Source: Sphaerodactylus townsendi (taxonomy: Eukaryota). From it: a stretch of 64,000 bases of DNA. Numbering within the stretch: the first letter of the stretch is position 1; every line of letters begins with the position of its first letter. Shown here piece by piece: positions 39,950 through 52,244 of the stretch. The stretch is from contig NC_059428.1 of assembly GCF_021028975.2 (NCBI RefSeq), positions 119,784,001 through 119,848,000 of the forward strand, in the 5' to 3' direction. Under the pieces are notes generated by a model. It was not told the origin of the DNA. It saw nothing but the letters and a program-made list of their open reading frames with translations, and searched no databases. Both the position numbers and the translations under genes were made by a program.

Positions 39950-42000
39950 TATTGGTACTGCCTGCCTACTGCAGGGGTGGGGGACTTTTTTGAGATGGTC
40001 TGTCATTGGAGCAATACGAAATCTAAAGGATTTCTAAGAGCTCAGGTGGGTGGGGGGGGGACTTCTGGCCAACGTGACTGGTGCTCCTGTCAAGGCCCTG
40101 GTCATGCTGTGAAATTGTGAGATGAGCAGAACCATTTACACAATTGTTCCAAAGCACCCTGATAGCCCCTGGTATGTGAGGAAGCTTAGGGCTATGAAGA
40201 AGTTAGGATGGCAAATTGAGTGCAGATGGAGGAAAACTTGCTATGAATCTGACTGGACAGATGATGCTGAAGGCAGCAAAGAGGGTTTACTTCTCCACCT
40301 CCATTGTGTCTGCATATAGCCATTCAGCTGAACTCTTCCAAGTGGTAAAAGGCTTGGTGTCCACCTCCAGGTGGAGGGGACCAACTTTGCCCTCAGAGGT
40401 CAACTGTGATAATTTTTCAAAATATTTTCAAGGCAAAATCACTCAGATTTGTAGAGTTGGACTCCATGGTTTTGAGTGATCCTGAAGTGATCTCCATAGA
40501 ACTACTTGGTCTGGTGGTATCGGATCAGTTTCAATTGTTGCTACCTGAGGACATAGAAAAGTTGCTTGCACAGTTGTGGCCAACCACCTGTTCCTTGGAT
40601 CCTTGCCCTTCATGGCTAATTAAATCTAGCCAGAGAAGATTGACTGGTTGAATCCTGGAGGTGGTGAATGCCTCCTTAGGGAGTGGGGAGGTGAGTCACA
40701 CCTTGGCTACTGGAGACAGTGAGCATGCCCCTTCCTAAAGAGATCATTCTTGGAGACACAGGGCAATATTATTCCTTTTGGGGAAAAGGTCCTGGAGTGG
40801 ATGGGTGGTGACACAGTTGTAGGCACATTTGAAGGCAACTGATTTTTTAGATCCATGTCAGTTGGAGTTCAGGCAAGGGTTGATTATCTGGATGGATGTC
40901 CTCCTCAGGGAAAAGGACAGAGGTCAGTTGTCCCTGTTGGTACTTTTAGATCTTTCAGGAGCCTTTGATACCACTTACCATGGCATCCTTCTGGACAGGA
41001 TGCAGGGAGGTTGGGGCTAAGGTGTCCATTGTAATGCAGTGGTTCTTGTCCTACCTCAGTGACAAACTCCAGAAAGTACACATTGGGGGCAGGTGCTTGG
41101 GTTCTTGGGAGTTCTTTTGTGGAGTGCCTCATGTCCTGTCTTCTGTTTTTCAACATCTATATGAAGCTGCTGGGGGAGGTCATCAGAGAATATGGCACGG
41201 TGGGTAACCAATATATGCCTCTTGGTTCCATCTGCATCCAATGAGGCTGCCCAAGTGCTGGACTGCTGCCTGATGGCTGCTATTGATTGAATGAAGATGA
41301 ATAAATTGAAAGTGAATCCTGATAAGATGGAGGTGTTCCCAAAATCTGAGCAATCGAGGGACATCCAGTGCTGGAAGGGGTGGTTTCACTCCAGAAAGAC
41401 TGACTTGGGGTAATCCTGGATCCCTGGAAACCAGGTGGGAGCAATGACCATGAGGGCCCATCAACATCTCTTGCTGGTATGCCAGCTCCAGTGCTCCATG
41501 TTTTCCTGGACCAGGATTACTTGGCCATAGTTATCCATGCTCTGGTAACTACCAGATTAGATTATTGTAATGCACTATATGTGGGGCTGCCTTTGCAGAC
41601 AGTTGATAAGTTTGATCTGGTGCATAATACAGCAGCTTGTATTCTGCTTCACACTGGAATCACATCACCCCTATCCTGAGCAGTCTCACTGCCTTCCAAC
41701 GTGCTACTGAACTCAATTCAAAGTGCTGATGCTAACCTATAAAGCCCTATATGGCTTTGGTCCTGGGGTTCTTGAGAGAGAATATCCACCCATATATTCC
41801 TGCCCAGGTGCTGAGATTGGAGGTGGAGACCCGCCTGACTGTTCTACCCATGTCAGAGGGAACGGAGGCAGCCTGGAAGGCCTTTTCCACAGTGGACCCT
41901 ACACTGTGGAATGCCCTCCCTCCAGAGGTTTTCTGGATTCCTGCTTTCTTGGAGTTTTGGCACTGTCCTCTTCACTTAGGCATTTGACTGACTCTCTCCA
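39950..42000 (+). mobile_element. Degenerate L2 LINE ORF2 (RT region to 3' end)
   Basis: PTTCSLDPCPSWLIK; FLDPCQLEFR; SLLVLLDLSGAFDT..HGILLDR; LAIVIHALVTTRLDYCNALYVGLPL; many stops and frameshifts. Confidence 0.88.
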
Positions 42001-42149
42001 CTGGGAGAGTCCCCTTAAATGTCCATACACCCTTCCTTTCTTGTGGGTGGGTCAAGTCAGTTTGGGAAATTTTACATTGCGTCATGGTTTTTAGAATTGG
42101 GTTTTTAGAATAGGGTTTTATTGTGTTGTATTATGTTTTTCTTGACATG

Positions 42150-42622
42150 GGCCGTTTCTGCACAGCCCATTTTAGCCCGGCCTGCGGCCAAAAGGTGCCC
42201 CCCAGGCCTCACGTTCCCCACACAGAGCTGCTGCAAGCCAGCAGCTGGCGACCTGGCTCTTCCACCCCCCCCAAGAGCCGTCAAGAAGCGCCTAAACAAC
42301 AACCCTTTAAAGGGTTTGTTGACTGAGGAAAGGCGTCTTCCCTGTCTCCGCCCCACTCGCGGGTGTCCTCCTCATAGCCTGCAGGCGTGCAGCCCGCCCA
42401 CACTGTCCTCCGACCTCCAGGGGTTGGAGGGCAGGCGTGAAAGCCAGGAGCTGTGACCAGGTGGCGGAACGCATGAAGATGAAGCCGTGAGAGGCTGCAG
42501 AGGCGGCTCCATACGGAGCCGCCTGCCGTCTGCCGGCCTCCCCTTCGCGAGCAGGCTCCCGCCCCCACGCCGGCAGAACTCCTGCCGGCGTGGGGGCGCC
42601 TCCTGGCCGTGCAGAAATGGCC
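42150..42622. mobile_element. Young CpG-rich Harbinger-type MITE (family D)
   Basis: TIRs ggccgtttctgcac / gtgcagaaatggcc; 3-bp TSD atg; inserted in the L2 tail. Confidence 0.8.
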
Positions 42623-42659
42623 ATGATTTTTATGTTGCATGTTTTATTGCAATAGCTAA

Positions 42660-42835
42660 TAGCCCAGACTGGTCCAATCTCATCAAACATTGGAAGCTAA
42701 GGAAAGTCAGTACTTCGATGGGAGAACACCAAGAAAGACTTGGGCTGCTATGCTGTATCTCTCTTTCCTTGAAAAAAATCAATGAGGTTGAATTTCAGGG
42801 GTCTCCTTGAGTCTGTTGTGACTTGATAACACACT
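42660..42835 (+). mobile_element. 5S-derived SINE, decayed
   Basis: aatctcatcaaacattggaagctaagg..agtacttcgatgggaga. Confidence 0.55.
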
Positions 42836-43038
42836 TTCTCTGTAGAATTAAAAAAAATGTTATGGGAGAAAGGACGAGTCACAATTGAAATGCTTTCAAA
42901 CACTACTAAATTCAGCAATGATTAGATGTCTCTTCACTGAATATGGGCACTCTGCTATGTTTGTTATATCTAAGAGAACTTACAGAGAACTATGTGAAAT
43001 TATAATTTTAAGAAGCTTTGTCTGCTTAAGGTGGATAA

Positions 43039-43070
43039 CCACCACCACCACCACCACCACCACCACCACC
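43039..43070. repeat. (CCA)n microsatellite
   Basis: Directly visible. Confidence 0.9.
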
Positions 43071-44579
43071 CCAGGCATACACAGTTTACTTGGGTGCCCC
43101 TGAACAGCTCCATATTTTTTTCCTGGGAGGCAATCTGGATATACCTCTGCCACCATCATGTGTTCTAGTCCACAAGATAATTTCGAAGGCACAGTAGGCT
43201 TTTCCTGGGGGGTGGAAAGAATAGTGGAAATATGGAATTATGTAATGTTTTAAATGTATAAAAGATCTGGTATGTCCTGTTAATCCTAGAGCTGTAACAA
43301 TTAGTTAAGGAAAAAGATATAGTATTCCATTGTATTCAATCACATTTCAGTGAGTATATGTCTCTTGCAAAACCAAATACAGGTATGTTAAAAAAAGAAA
43401 AAGAAATATGGAAGCAAGAGGGAAGGCTAAACAGAGTGGTGGGTTATGTTGTTTAACAAGGCAGAAGAGGAAAACCATTAAAATGTGTTACAGTCATTGT
43501 ATTTGTAGAGAATTTACCCAGTCCATTTGAAAGGTAACGTGGATATTACAATTTCTAGAGACAGGAAGTGCTCAGGCAAACAATAGGCTGGTTGCTTTAA
43601 ATCAACTCTGCTGCAGCCTTTGCAAATTACATGCTTAAGAATTAGCCTTCTTTGGCTCACAGTGTTCACTTTCTCTTGAGTTGAGTACCCCACCCTGCTA
43701 TAATTGCTGCTGTGTCTGCAGTTTAAAATGAGCAGAATTCAAGCGGATTTGGACCTGCACAGTTGGCAGCGCTCAGCATCATATAAGCATCGTATGTTAG
43801 CACATACTCAGAATTTACAGGATTCATGGGAATTATAGTTTCTTCAGTGTTCTGCTTTGATTTGGGATGCCCATTATCCTTCCTGTTCCCATTATCCTTC
43901 CCTCATCAATACCAACATGTTACCTTTGCTGGCTGCATTTAAGTTGCAGGAAATTGTAACACAGTTGCATATTAACAAATAACTAAATTGAAATGGTGTT
44001 TGCGTTAATTATGTTTTGAGAAATGTGAGCTCTGAGCAGACCTGCTCTTGAACTAATCACTTTGATTCATCACCATATTTCCAGCTGCTTTAAGAGAAGC
44101 CACAATGAGATTGAGTGGGTTGAACTAGTGCTGCAGCATTGAAGTAGTTCTTTCTTATGCACCATTTTGCAGCTAGAAATTTCTCATACCCTTGAATTTT
44201 TTTTGATCCAATTGGGAGTCTAACCTTCCTTAACCTAGCATTGGAAGAAGAAAAGTGGGCCGTTTTCTCTGTAGAAAACATTCTGCTAGTTAAAAACCAA
44301 GCATATGTTCAAGGAAGACTCTCAGCTGATGCTGTCTTGGAGTGTATTAGCAGAGGCATAACATCCAAATTGCAAGATGTCACAGTCTTGCTGTACATTG
44401 CTTTGGTCTTTCTGTCAACACCTGAAAGTACTATGTGCAGTTCTGGAGGCCACACTTCAAAAAGGATGTGGACAGAATGGATAGGGTGCAGAGGAGGGTG
44501 ATGAGGATGATCAAGAGCCTGAAGATCAAGCCCTACAAGAAAAGACCATGGGGCATGGGAATGTTCAGTCTAGAGAAGA

Positions 44580-44832
44580 GGAAGGAGGAGGAGGAAAAGG
44601 AGATTTTGGATTTATATCCCACTTTTCTCAACAGTAAAGAAGTATCAGAGTGGCTTACAAATTCCTTCCCTTCCTCTCCCCACAAAAGACACCTTGTGAG
44701 GTAGGCAGGGTTAAGAGAGTTCTCAGAGAATTGTGACTGGCCCAAGGTCATTCAGCAGGTGTCATCTGTAAGAGTGGGGAAACAAATCTGCTTCACTAGA
44801 TTAGAGTCCACCACTCTTAACCATTACACCAT
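44580..44832 (-). mobile_element. Sauria-type SINE nested in CR1
   Basis: Same body as 8830-9130. Confidence 0.75.
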
Positions 44833-45015
44833 GGTATATCTGGCTCTCCTTGTTTGAGGGGGGGACATTATTGTTCTCTTTAAGTATTTGAAGAGAAGGG
44901 CTAGAAGGTATTCCAGTTGGCATCAGGGGACAAAAGTCACAATAACAGGTTTAAATTATGAGTGGAAATGTAACACCTGGATAATAGTGGAAAAATTACA
45001 CTAAGAGTTGTTACC

Positions 45016-45251
45016 GCAGCAGTGGCGTAGTGGTTAAGAGCAGGTGCATTCTAATCTGGAGGAATGGGGTTTGATTCCCAGCTCTGCCGCTTGAACTGTG
45101 GAGGCTTATCTGGGGAATTCAGATTAGCCTGTGCACTCCCACACACGCCAGCTGGGTGACCTTGGGCTAGTCACAGCTTTTCAGAGCTCTCTCAGCCCCA
45201 CCCACCTCACAGGGTATTTGTTGTGAGGAGGGAAGGGCAAGGAGATTGTAA
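45016..45251 (+). mobile_element. Young Sauria-type SINE with tRNA-derived head, runs into a gap
   Basis: gcagcagtggcgtagtggttaagagc (A box) ... ggtttgattccc (B box). Confidence 0.85.
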
Positions 45252-45385
45252 NNNNNNNNNNNNNNNNNNNNNNNNNNNNNNNNNNNNNNNNNNNNNNNNN
45301 NNNNNNNNNNNNNNNNNNNNNNNNNNNNNNNNNNNNNNNNNNNNNNNNNNNNNNNNNNNNNNNNNNNNNNNNNNNNNNNNNNNNN
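45252..45385. other. Assembly gap
   Basis: N run. Confidence 1.
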
Positions 45386-45567
45386 GGAGGTAGTGAACTC
45401 CCCCTTACTGGCAGTCTTTAAGCAGCAGCTGGACAAATGCTTGTCAGAGATCCTTTAGATTAATCTTCCATTGAGCAGGTGATTGAACTAGATGGTCTGT
45501 ATGGCCCCTTACAACTCTGTCATTCTATAGTTCCTCTTGTCCTCATTTGGTAATTTTAGGGTGGTTT

Positions 45568-45568
<1 letters not shown>

Positions 45569-45619
<51 letters not shown>
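45569..45619. repeat. (CA)n microsatellite
   Basis: Directly visible. Confidence 0.95.
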
Positions 45620-45622
<3 letters not shown>

Positions 45623-46338
45623 AGTATATAAAAGTGGTCTCCATGCCTGCAATCTTGTGGTACAGTCCATTCTTCTAACTCGGGACTTCATTATAATTTT
45701 GTTTTTCTTCTTATTTAGACCAAGAGTGTAAAACTCAGCTCACATATGCAGAATGAGGTGGGAACAAACTGGTATAATCCTGACTGAAATGGTTCAGATT
45801 ACTGAACTATGGAAGATCACATTTTAGAATGCTCTGCTATATTAAAAACTCACTATATAACTTAAAATCAGCACAGTAACCAAAGGAGCTGGGTAATGGT
45901 TTCTTAGACCCAAATCTGTTTCCACACAGCTGCACAGCACCTGAGGGGAATATCTGTTAAAAATAAAGGACAGCCATTTTGGATTCAAAATGCTGCCTAT
46001 CGTGCCAGAATGGTGCTGAGAGGAGTTACTCTGCCATTTTGGCTGCTTAGAGATGCCAGCTTCCCAGAGGGACCTGGGGACCACTCAGAATATTCCTCAT
46101 CTCCAGACTGCAGAGATCAGTTCCCTTGGAGAAAATGGATGCACTGGAGGATGGGCTCTATGGTCTTGTATCCACTGAGGTCTCTTTCTTCCCCAGGTCC
46201 CACCCCCAAATCTTCAGGATTTTCCTAATCTGGATTTGGAAACCCCACCCCCAATCCCCTGGCAGAGGCTGGGGGAATTGACAACCATATTGCTTCTCTA
46301 CATTGTGATGTCAAGGCACAGCACAGAATATCTAACCC

Positions 46339-46562
46339 GCAAGCTCATTCCAACTTGGAGGAATTCAAAACATTTAGAGCAACTTATTCAAGCTTGATGG
46401 GATTATTATGAGAGACGGCAGAAGGTTAAAAATATGATAAAAGTTAATAAATATTTGGTAAAAGTTAATAAATATTTGGTAAAAGTTAATAAATATTTGA
46501 TAAAAGACTTGCGGAGAAGGTAAAAGCGTGCTTCCCTCACGCCTGCCGGAACCGGAACTTTT
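46339..46562. mobile_element. Unclassified 224-bp insertion with a 15-bp flanking direct repeat
   Basis: cagaatatctaaccc at 46324-46338 and 46563-46577; internal 21-bp x3 tandem repeat (46438-46506). Confidence 0.6.
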
Positions 46563-47149
46563 CAGAATATCTAACCCAATGTATTCCAATCCATCAGATG
46601 ACCAGGCATGTTTGGCTATGAGGTCGGTAAGGCTAAATATAAAAATAGCCATGCTGGATAAAGTACTGCAGTTACAGATGGGACACAGAAGAAGAGGGGG
46701 TAGCACCAGTATCTGAAATATTTTCTACTCCTTTTTCCTACTTTTCATTCCTAGAGGGATTCACATTGACACCTTCCTTCAACAACACAAAAATAAATGT
46801 ATTGCCTATTCCTTTGAAGAGCTTATGAAGAGTGATTAAGTGGGCAAATTTAGGCATATCAATGTCATATCTATGTAGAGCCAAGAGGAACTGATGCTTT
46901 ACTCTAGAAGGGTTTCAATATCTGCTGGAGAGGAACTGCTTGGAGGGAACTAACCTGCCAACACAGAATACCTAATCCAATCCTGCCTCTCAATTGATTC
47001 TTGAGCACTAACCTCAGTAAATTTCATGTCCAGGTTTTGAAAATGTAGGCATTTTTGCTAAAGTGGAATAAAATCCATACCCAAAATGTCTTGGGTTTTT
47101 AAAAACTGAACCTGAAAATTTTCAGTTCTCCCCATTGTTTCCCCAGTCC

Positions 47150-47492
47150 TAAGTGAACAGACTTTTTGTGGATGAGACATTTTTAGAGTTTGCTGCAACA
47201 GACAAATATAGGGGTGGTGATTCCAGATTTTATTTTTAGGTTAGGAGACAGGACTTCAGCTGAATGCTGGATTCCAGCATTCAGTTGAAGCCCTCTCAGC
47301 TGGTAATGCTGAATCATACTTGGCTTTATTGGCTTCCAAATCATTCAGCTCTGCCAAAAATCTTGGGGTTTTTTTTTGGGGGGGGGAGTGTTGGTAAAAA
47401 AAAACTTTAAAAAACCAAATCACCACCCCTGCATATTAGTCTCTTGCAGCAAATCCTAAAAATCTTTGGTGTGCCATAAGGCTGTTCACTTA
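47150..47492. repeat. ~70-bp inverted arms resembling Neptune/PLE pLTR ends, enclosing an 18-bp hairpin
   Basis: taagtgaacag..tttgctgcaacagac..aggggtggtgatt and its reverse complement at 47418-47492. Confidence 0.6.
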
Positions 47493-47771
47493 CTTAAAAG
47501 TGACACTTCAGGAAACTTCTGAGCCAAGATGTATAGGATTGAGCTAAATGTGTGTTAAGGAGGCATAAAACCCCTTGTTTATTCTGCTATTTTATGACCA
47601 TGTTGGAATACAGAGAAGTTTTCCAATTTTCTTCTTTCAGAGAAAAAAAAATGAGATGCAGGGGGTGGGGGAAAAGGTTGAGATGAATCTGTAAAAATGT
47701 TTCTTTCTGGAAGTCATGCTAACAATATAGGGACTTCCCTTCATATATTCAGGTACAGTTGGGAACTTTCT

Positions 47772-48535
47772 TAGATTCATAGAATCTTTGGCTCCTTCCG
47801 CACATGCAGAATAATGCAATTTCAATCCACGTTCAGTGCACTTTGCAGCTGGATTTTACTGTGCGGAATACCAAAATCCACTTTTAAACATTTGTGAAAG
47901 TGGATTGAAAGTGTATTATTCTGCACGTGCGGAAGGGGCCATCGAGTTAGCAGAGACCCCATGGGCCATCAAGTCCAACTCCCTGCAATGCAGGAACACA
48001 TAATTAAAGCACTCCTAATAGATAGCCATCCAGCCTCTGTTTAAAAACCTCCAAATAAGGAGACTCCACCACACTTCGAGGTAGTGCATTCCACTATCAG
48101 ACAGCCCTTACTGTCAGGAAGTTTTTCCTGAAGTTGAGGTGGAATCTTTTTTTCTTCACCCTGAACCAATTACCCCTGATTCTAGTCTCTGGAACAGTAG
48201 AAAACCAGCTTGCTCCCTCACCAATGTGACATCCCTTCAAATATCTAAACATGGCTATCATGTCACCTCTTAACCTTCTCTTCATCAAACTAAACATACC
48301 CAGCTCTGAAAGTTTCTTCTCATAGGGCATGGACTCCAAACCTTTTACCATTTTGGTTGTCCTCCTCTGGACCTGTTCCAGTTTGTCAATATCCTTCTTG
48401 AATTGTGGTGTTCAGAACTATACACAATAGTCCAGGTGAGGTCTAACCAATGAAGAATAGAGAGTTTCCTTATATCCCTCGATCTAGACACTATACTCCA
48501 ATTGATACAGCCCAGAATCACATTGGCTTTCTTCT
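47772..48535 (-). mobile_element. CR1 LINE 3' part
   Basis: MVKGLESMPYEKKLSELGMFSLMKRRLRGDMIAMFRYLKG..RKNFLTVRAV; KKANVILGCIN. Confidence 0.92.
47790..47940. mobile_element. Harbinger-type MITE (family A) in the CR1 tail
   Basis: TIRs ggctccttccgcac / gtgcggaaggggcc. Confidence 0.8.
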
Positions 48536-48959
48536 CACTGACATATCTGCACAACCAGCTTTCATGAGGCTGTTAATGGACTTCATCATTGCCTTATCTG
48601 AAGTAAGAATCTACCTTTAGACAGGTGGAATTCTAAGAAAAGGGGAAATGGAAGAAGGCAATGAGGGACTGGTAGCAGAAATACTCTGTTTGCTCACTCC
48701 CAAACTCCCAGTCTCAACTTATCTTCATTCATAATATGCATCAGGCACTTCATTCACATGCTCCAAATAGAAATAATTGTTGAAGGGGTGTGTGGTACTG
48801 AAGTGGGGTTCAATCCCCAGATAGCAGAGTTGCACAACACACACTGGAGCACTTGGCTTAGGAACTTTGGGGACACTTTACAGCAATTCAGAGAAACTTT
48901 CACAGAGGCGGTCCCAGAGAGAGTTAAGGATCCAGCCAGAGTTCTCACAGAGGGTTCCC

Positions 48960-49313
48960 AAGAGTAGGTTACTAATTATTGTATTGTTGTGCAGAGAGGG
49001 AGTTACCTGAGTGGTGATTTTGCCACATGATTTTTTGCCTTAGTTATGCCCCTCCTCTCAGCAGTAGCGCGCAGAACTTGAAGCAGTCTAGCAGGAGGTG
49101 CACCGGCGTGCGTGGCAGCCTGCGCCTGCGTGCATTTGTTTCCCACCCAAGGACCGGCGCAGTGGCTGCGCCACAGCCCTGCCCAGGAATGCCTTGCCCC
49201 AGGAATGCTGGTCACGCCCCAGTCGTGCCCCACCCAGCCCCATTGGCGCTATGCCACAGTTTGAATCCCACCACCATGGGAACCTGTTACTAAAATTTTT
49301 GGATCCCACCACT
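48960..49313. mobile_element. hAT non-autonomous element (cagtggtgggat family)
   Basis: Right end is the reverse complement of 3887-3950; left boundary uncertain. Confidence 0.65.
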
Positions 49314-51130
49314 GAGCGGTCCTACTTTATTCAGTTCACAGAAATGTTGCTCTCTCAAAGTGCTTCGCCAGGCAGTGCGAAGACAAGTGTCTCACAATGC
49401 AAAGCACAGTGCTGCCTTTTATATAGTTCACTAACCAATCATAGTTCCTTTCCAATTAGTCCCAGAAAGAGGCTGTGTCATATGGTAACTGTCATTTAGA
49501 TTTTGCTGATCAGACAGTGCTCTGACAGTAATGTCATCTTTCTTGCTCAGTCAGGCCACAACACATCAATGGACCACACATCTGGGGTCTTTTTAAAGCA
49601 GAGATAAAGTTAATTACTGCTGCTCTGTGCTGGATAAGGTTCTTGCTAAATAGCTGCACTGCCTAAACAAGGGGAATATTTTGCCTAGAGTTAACTTCAC
49701 AGTCCTTTCAACTACAGCCATTTTTCCTCACTTCACTGGAGCCAAGAGTTTTTCTAACATGCTGTTTTGATCTGGAAGAAATCAGTCTTCTGAGAGTTGT
49801 AGCAACCTACGCATTTTTTTTTTAAAAAAAAACTCTTCCCATCTTAGGCTTCATGCAGACTGTAGCAAAGGTTTCGTAAATCTTTTGATAACAAGAACAT
49901 GAGGAGAACAGTAATCTAGAGCTTTGAGGGCCATGCAGGATTATTGTCCAAGGGCTGTTAATAATGAATGATAGTTGCAAGACAATGTGCCTAGTAATTT
50001 GCTTAAGAATGGAAAAGCTGTGGATTAAAAAAAAGTGTTAATATCTAAAACAATCGGATTAGGCTGCAGACTCTTGTGGTGAACAATTAAGTGAGCATTG
50101 TGTAACTTAAAATATTTGAAACTTTAAAAAAGCTATACTGTCACCCCCCTCCCAATTTCTATATACACGAGACTTTTCTTTTGTACTCAGATGCCACAGA
50201 TTCACATGGAACATTCATGTGCAGCTGCACCTTTCCATATGCATAGTCATTGGTTTAGTAGCTAAAGTGTCAGACTGAGATTGGGGAACCCTGTTTTCAA
50301 ACTATATTTTTCTATGGAAGCTCACTGTGGAACCTTGAGCCAGTAACCTTGTTTCATTTTAACTTAGAAGAGTTGGATTTATATCCCCCCTTTCTCTCCT
50401 GTAGGAGTCTCAAGGGGGCTTACAAACTCCTTTCCCTTCTTCCCTCATGAGATTGTTACTGTGAGCATAAAATGATGTAGTAAAGTGTTTTGGGTCTACA
50501 TTGAGAAGAAAAGCTGGGTATACATAAACTTAAATAAAGCTGAATGTCTCAATTGGCACTGTGTTTCTTAGTCAAGTCCTGCTGAACTGGTTGAATGGAT
50601 CTTTTGGTGTATATAAGGGTGTTCTTGGCTGCAAAGCCATAAGTTGCTTAGTTGACACCTGGATCAGGACCAAAGATTCTGACACCAAACCTGGTGTTAT
50701 GCTAAGATTCTTCTGTTTTCAACATGACCTATTCTAGTAGTACATTTGGCCATCATGTTACCAATAAATCCAATGATGTTGCAGTCAGGACATCCATATA
50801 TATACATATATATATTTGCAGCAGAATCTACACCACATTGTATAAAACTTCCAGACAATTGTTTTTTCCTCATGAGACCAAAAATCCCTTTAGGCACAGC
50901 AGGTGTACTTTAAAAACAATTGAACTGAATAATAAAACTTTCTAGAATAGGAGTAGTCTGAATGTTTTGTGGAACAGATCTTTTGGCATTATCCGATAGG
51001 ATCCAAATATGCTCCATTTCTGCAAGCAGTGATGTAGGTATAGATTTTTTAATGAGGTGGATTCAGTGACTGAGCTGGCTTTCCGGCTGTTCCATTCCAT
51101 GCATTATTTCAAGCAAGTCGGACATGTAAT

Positions 51131-51329
51131 GGGAGGAGTTTGAACCTGTGGAAACCCCCCCCCCTTTACATATGTCCCTGTCTGCAAGCAATTGCTCCTA
51201 TGCTTCATCTAAGGCCCCTTCTGGGAGAAGGGAGGAGTTTGAGCCTGGGAAACCCCCCCCCCTTTACCTATGTCCCTGTCTGCAAGCAATTGCTCAGTTT
51301 ATCTTATGATTCATCTAAGGCCCCTTCTG
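51131..51329. repeat. ~95-100 bp imperfect tandem duplication overlapping a MITE end
   Basis: gggaggagtttga..atgtccctgtctgcaagcaattgctc..tcatctaaggccccttctg occurs twice. Confidence 0.85.
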
Positions 51330-51462
51330 CACATGCAGAATAATACACTTTTTTTCCACTTTCACAATTGTTTGCAAGTGGATTTTGCTATTCTGCACGG
51401 TAAACTCCGGCTACAAAGTGCATTGATTGAAAGTGCATTATTTTGCATGTGCGGAAGGGGCC
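51319..51462. mobile_element. Harbinger-type MITE (family A)
   Basis: TIRs ggccccttctgcac / gtgcggaaggggcc; canonical TAA TSD. Confidence 0.85.
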
Positions 51463-52244
51463 TAAGTTAACTATTTTGTGTAGGGCAGACAGACACATTA
51501 CATATTCATTGTAATTTAACACACCACAGAGGAACTTGGAGTAAATAAGCACTACCACAACAACATAGTTTACACAAGGAAGGCCTGTGCATTTTGAGGG
51601 CCATCAAGCTGAGCACAATCCACCATCCATATAGTGTGGCTTTCCAGATAACTGATGGCCAAATTATTTGTGCACAAGCAGGAGAACCAGGTAGTTTACC
51701 AAACCCCTTTTTTGGGAACTGTTTGAAATCGCATTTAGCTGGGTGATTTTAGGTTATGGAAGCTTGAGACGGGGTATGTATACAGATAACAAGATAAATG
51801 ATGGGTTATTCAAGCCATAGTTTGTGTTAGTTGACCAGAAATAGGTAATAATTATGTTTGTTCATAAACCCTGGTTTATCTGCTTCTCTTCACCTTCTAG
51901 TTGGAAGGCCATTTTCCAATGCCAGAAAGCAGCAAATCTGTGGATTCAGATGTCCCAGCAAGCCACAACTAATACAAACTGCAGTTAGCAAAGCAGTTAC
52001 AAACTCTAGCATGAATTAATGTTTTGACATTAACTTATAAACCTCTGTTCATTTAACAGACTGTGTTCAGATGTTACAATAACTGGGGTTTGATCAAACC
52101 ACAGTTTGTAGCCAAAGTTAAGCACATGGTGTATCTGAATGCAGACAGAAACTCACAGTGCAATCCAAGAACGCTTGTCTTGGATTTAGCTCTATTGAAT
52201 AAATTTGAGTAGGGTTCCACTTAGGATTACTCAATAAACTAAAA

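Larger units (their letters stand above)
44325..45530 (+). mobile_element. CR1 LINE 3' part interrupted by two SINEs and a gap
   Basis: VQFWRPHFKKDVDRMDRVQRRVMRMIKSL..GMFSLEKR; CR1-type 3' UTR ending attctatag. Confidence 0.85.

Noticed and set aside
42105-42810. Overlapping GC-rich ORFs or a CpG-island promoter
   Set aside because: Explained by a TIR- and TSD-bounded MITE; the ORFs follow from high GC content
45016-45090. tRNA gene
   Set aside because: The A and B boxes belong to a SINE head that continues into the SINE body; no complete cloverleaf
46438-46506. Short regularly spaced repeats (CRISPR-like)
   Set aside because: Contiguous 21-bp tandem units with no spacers, in vertebrate DNA with no cas genes
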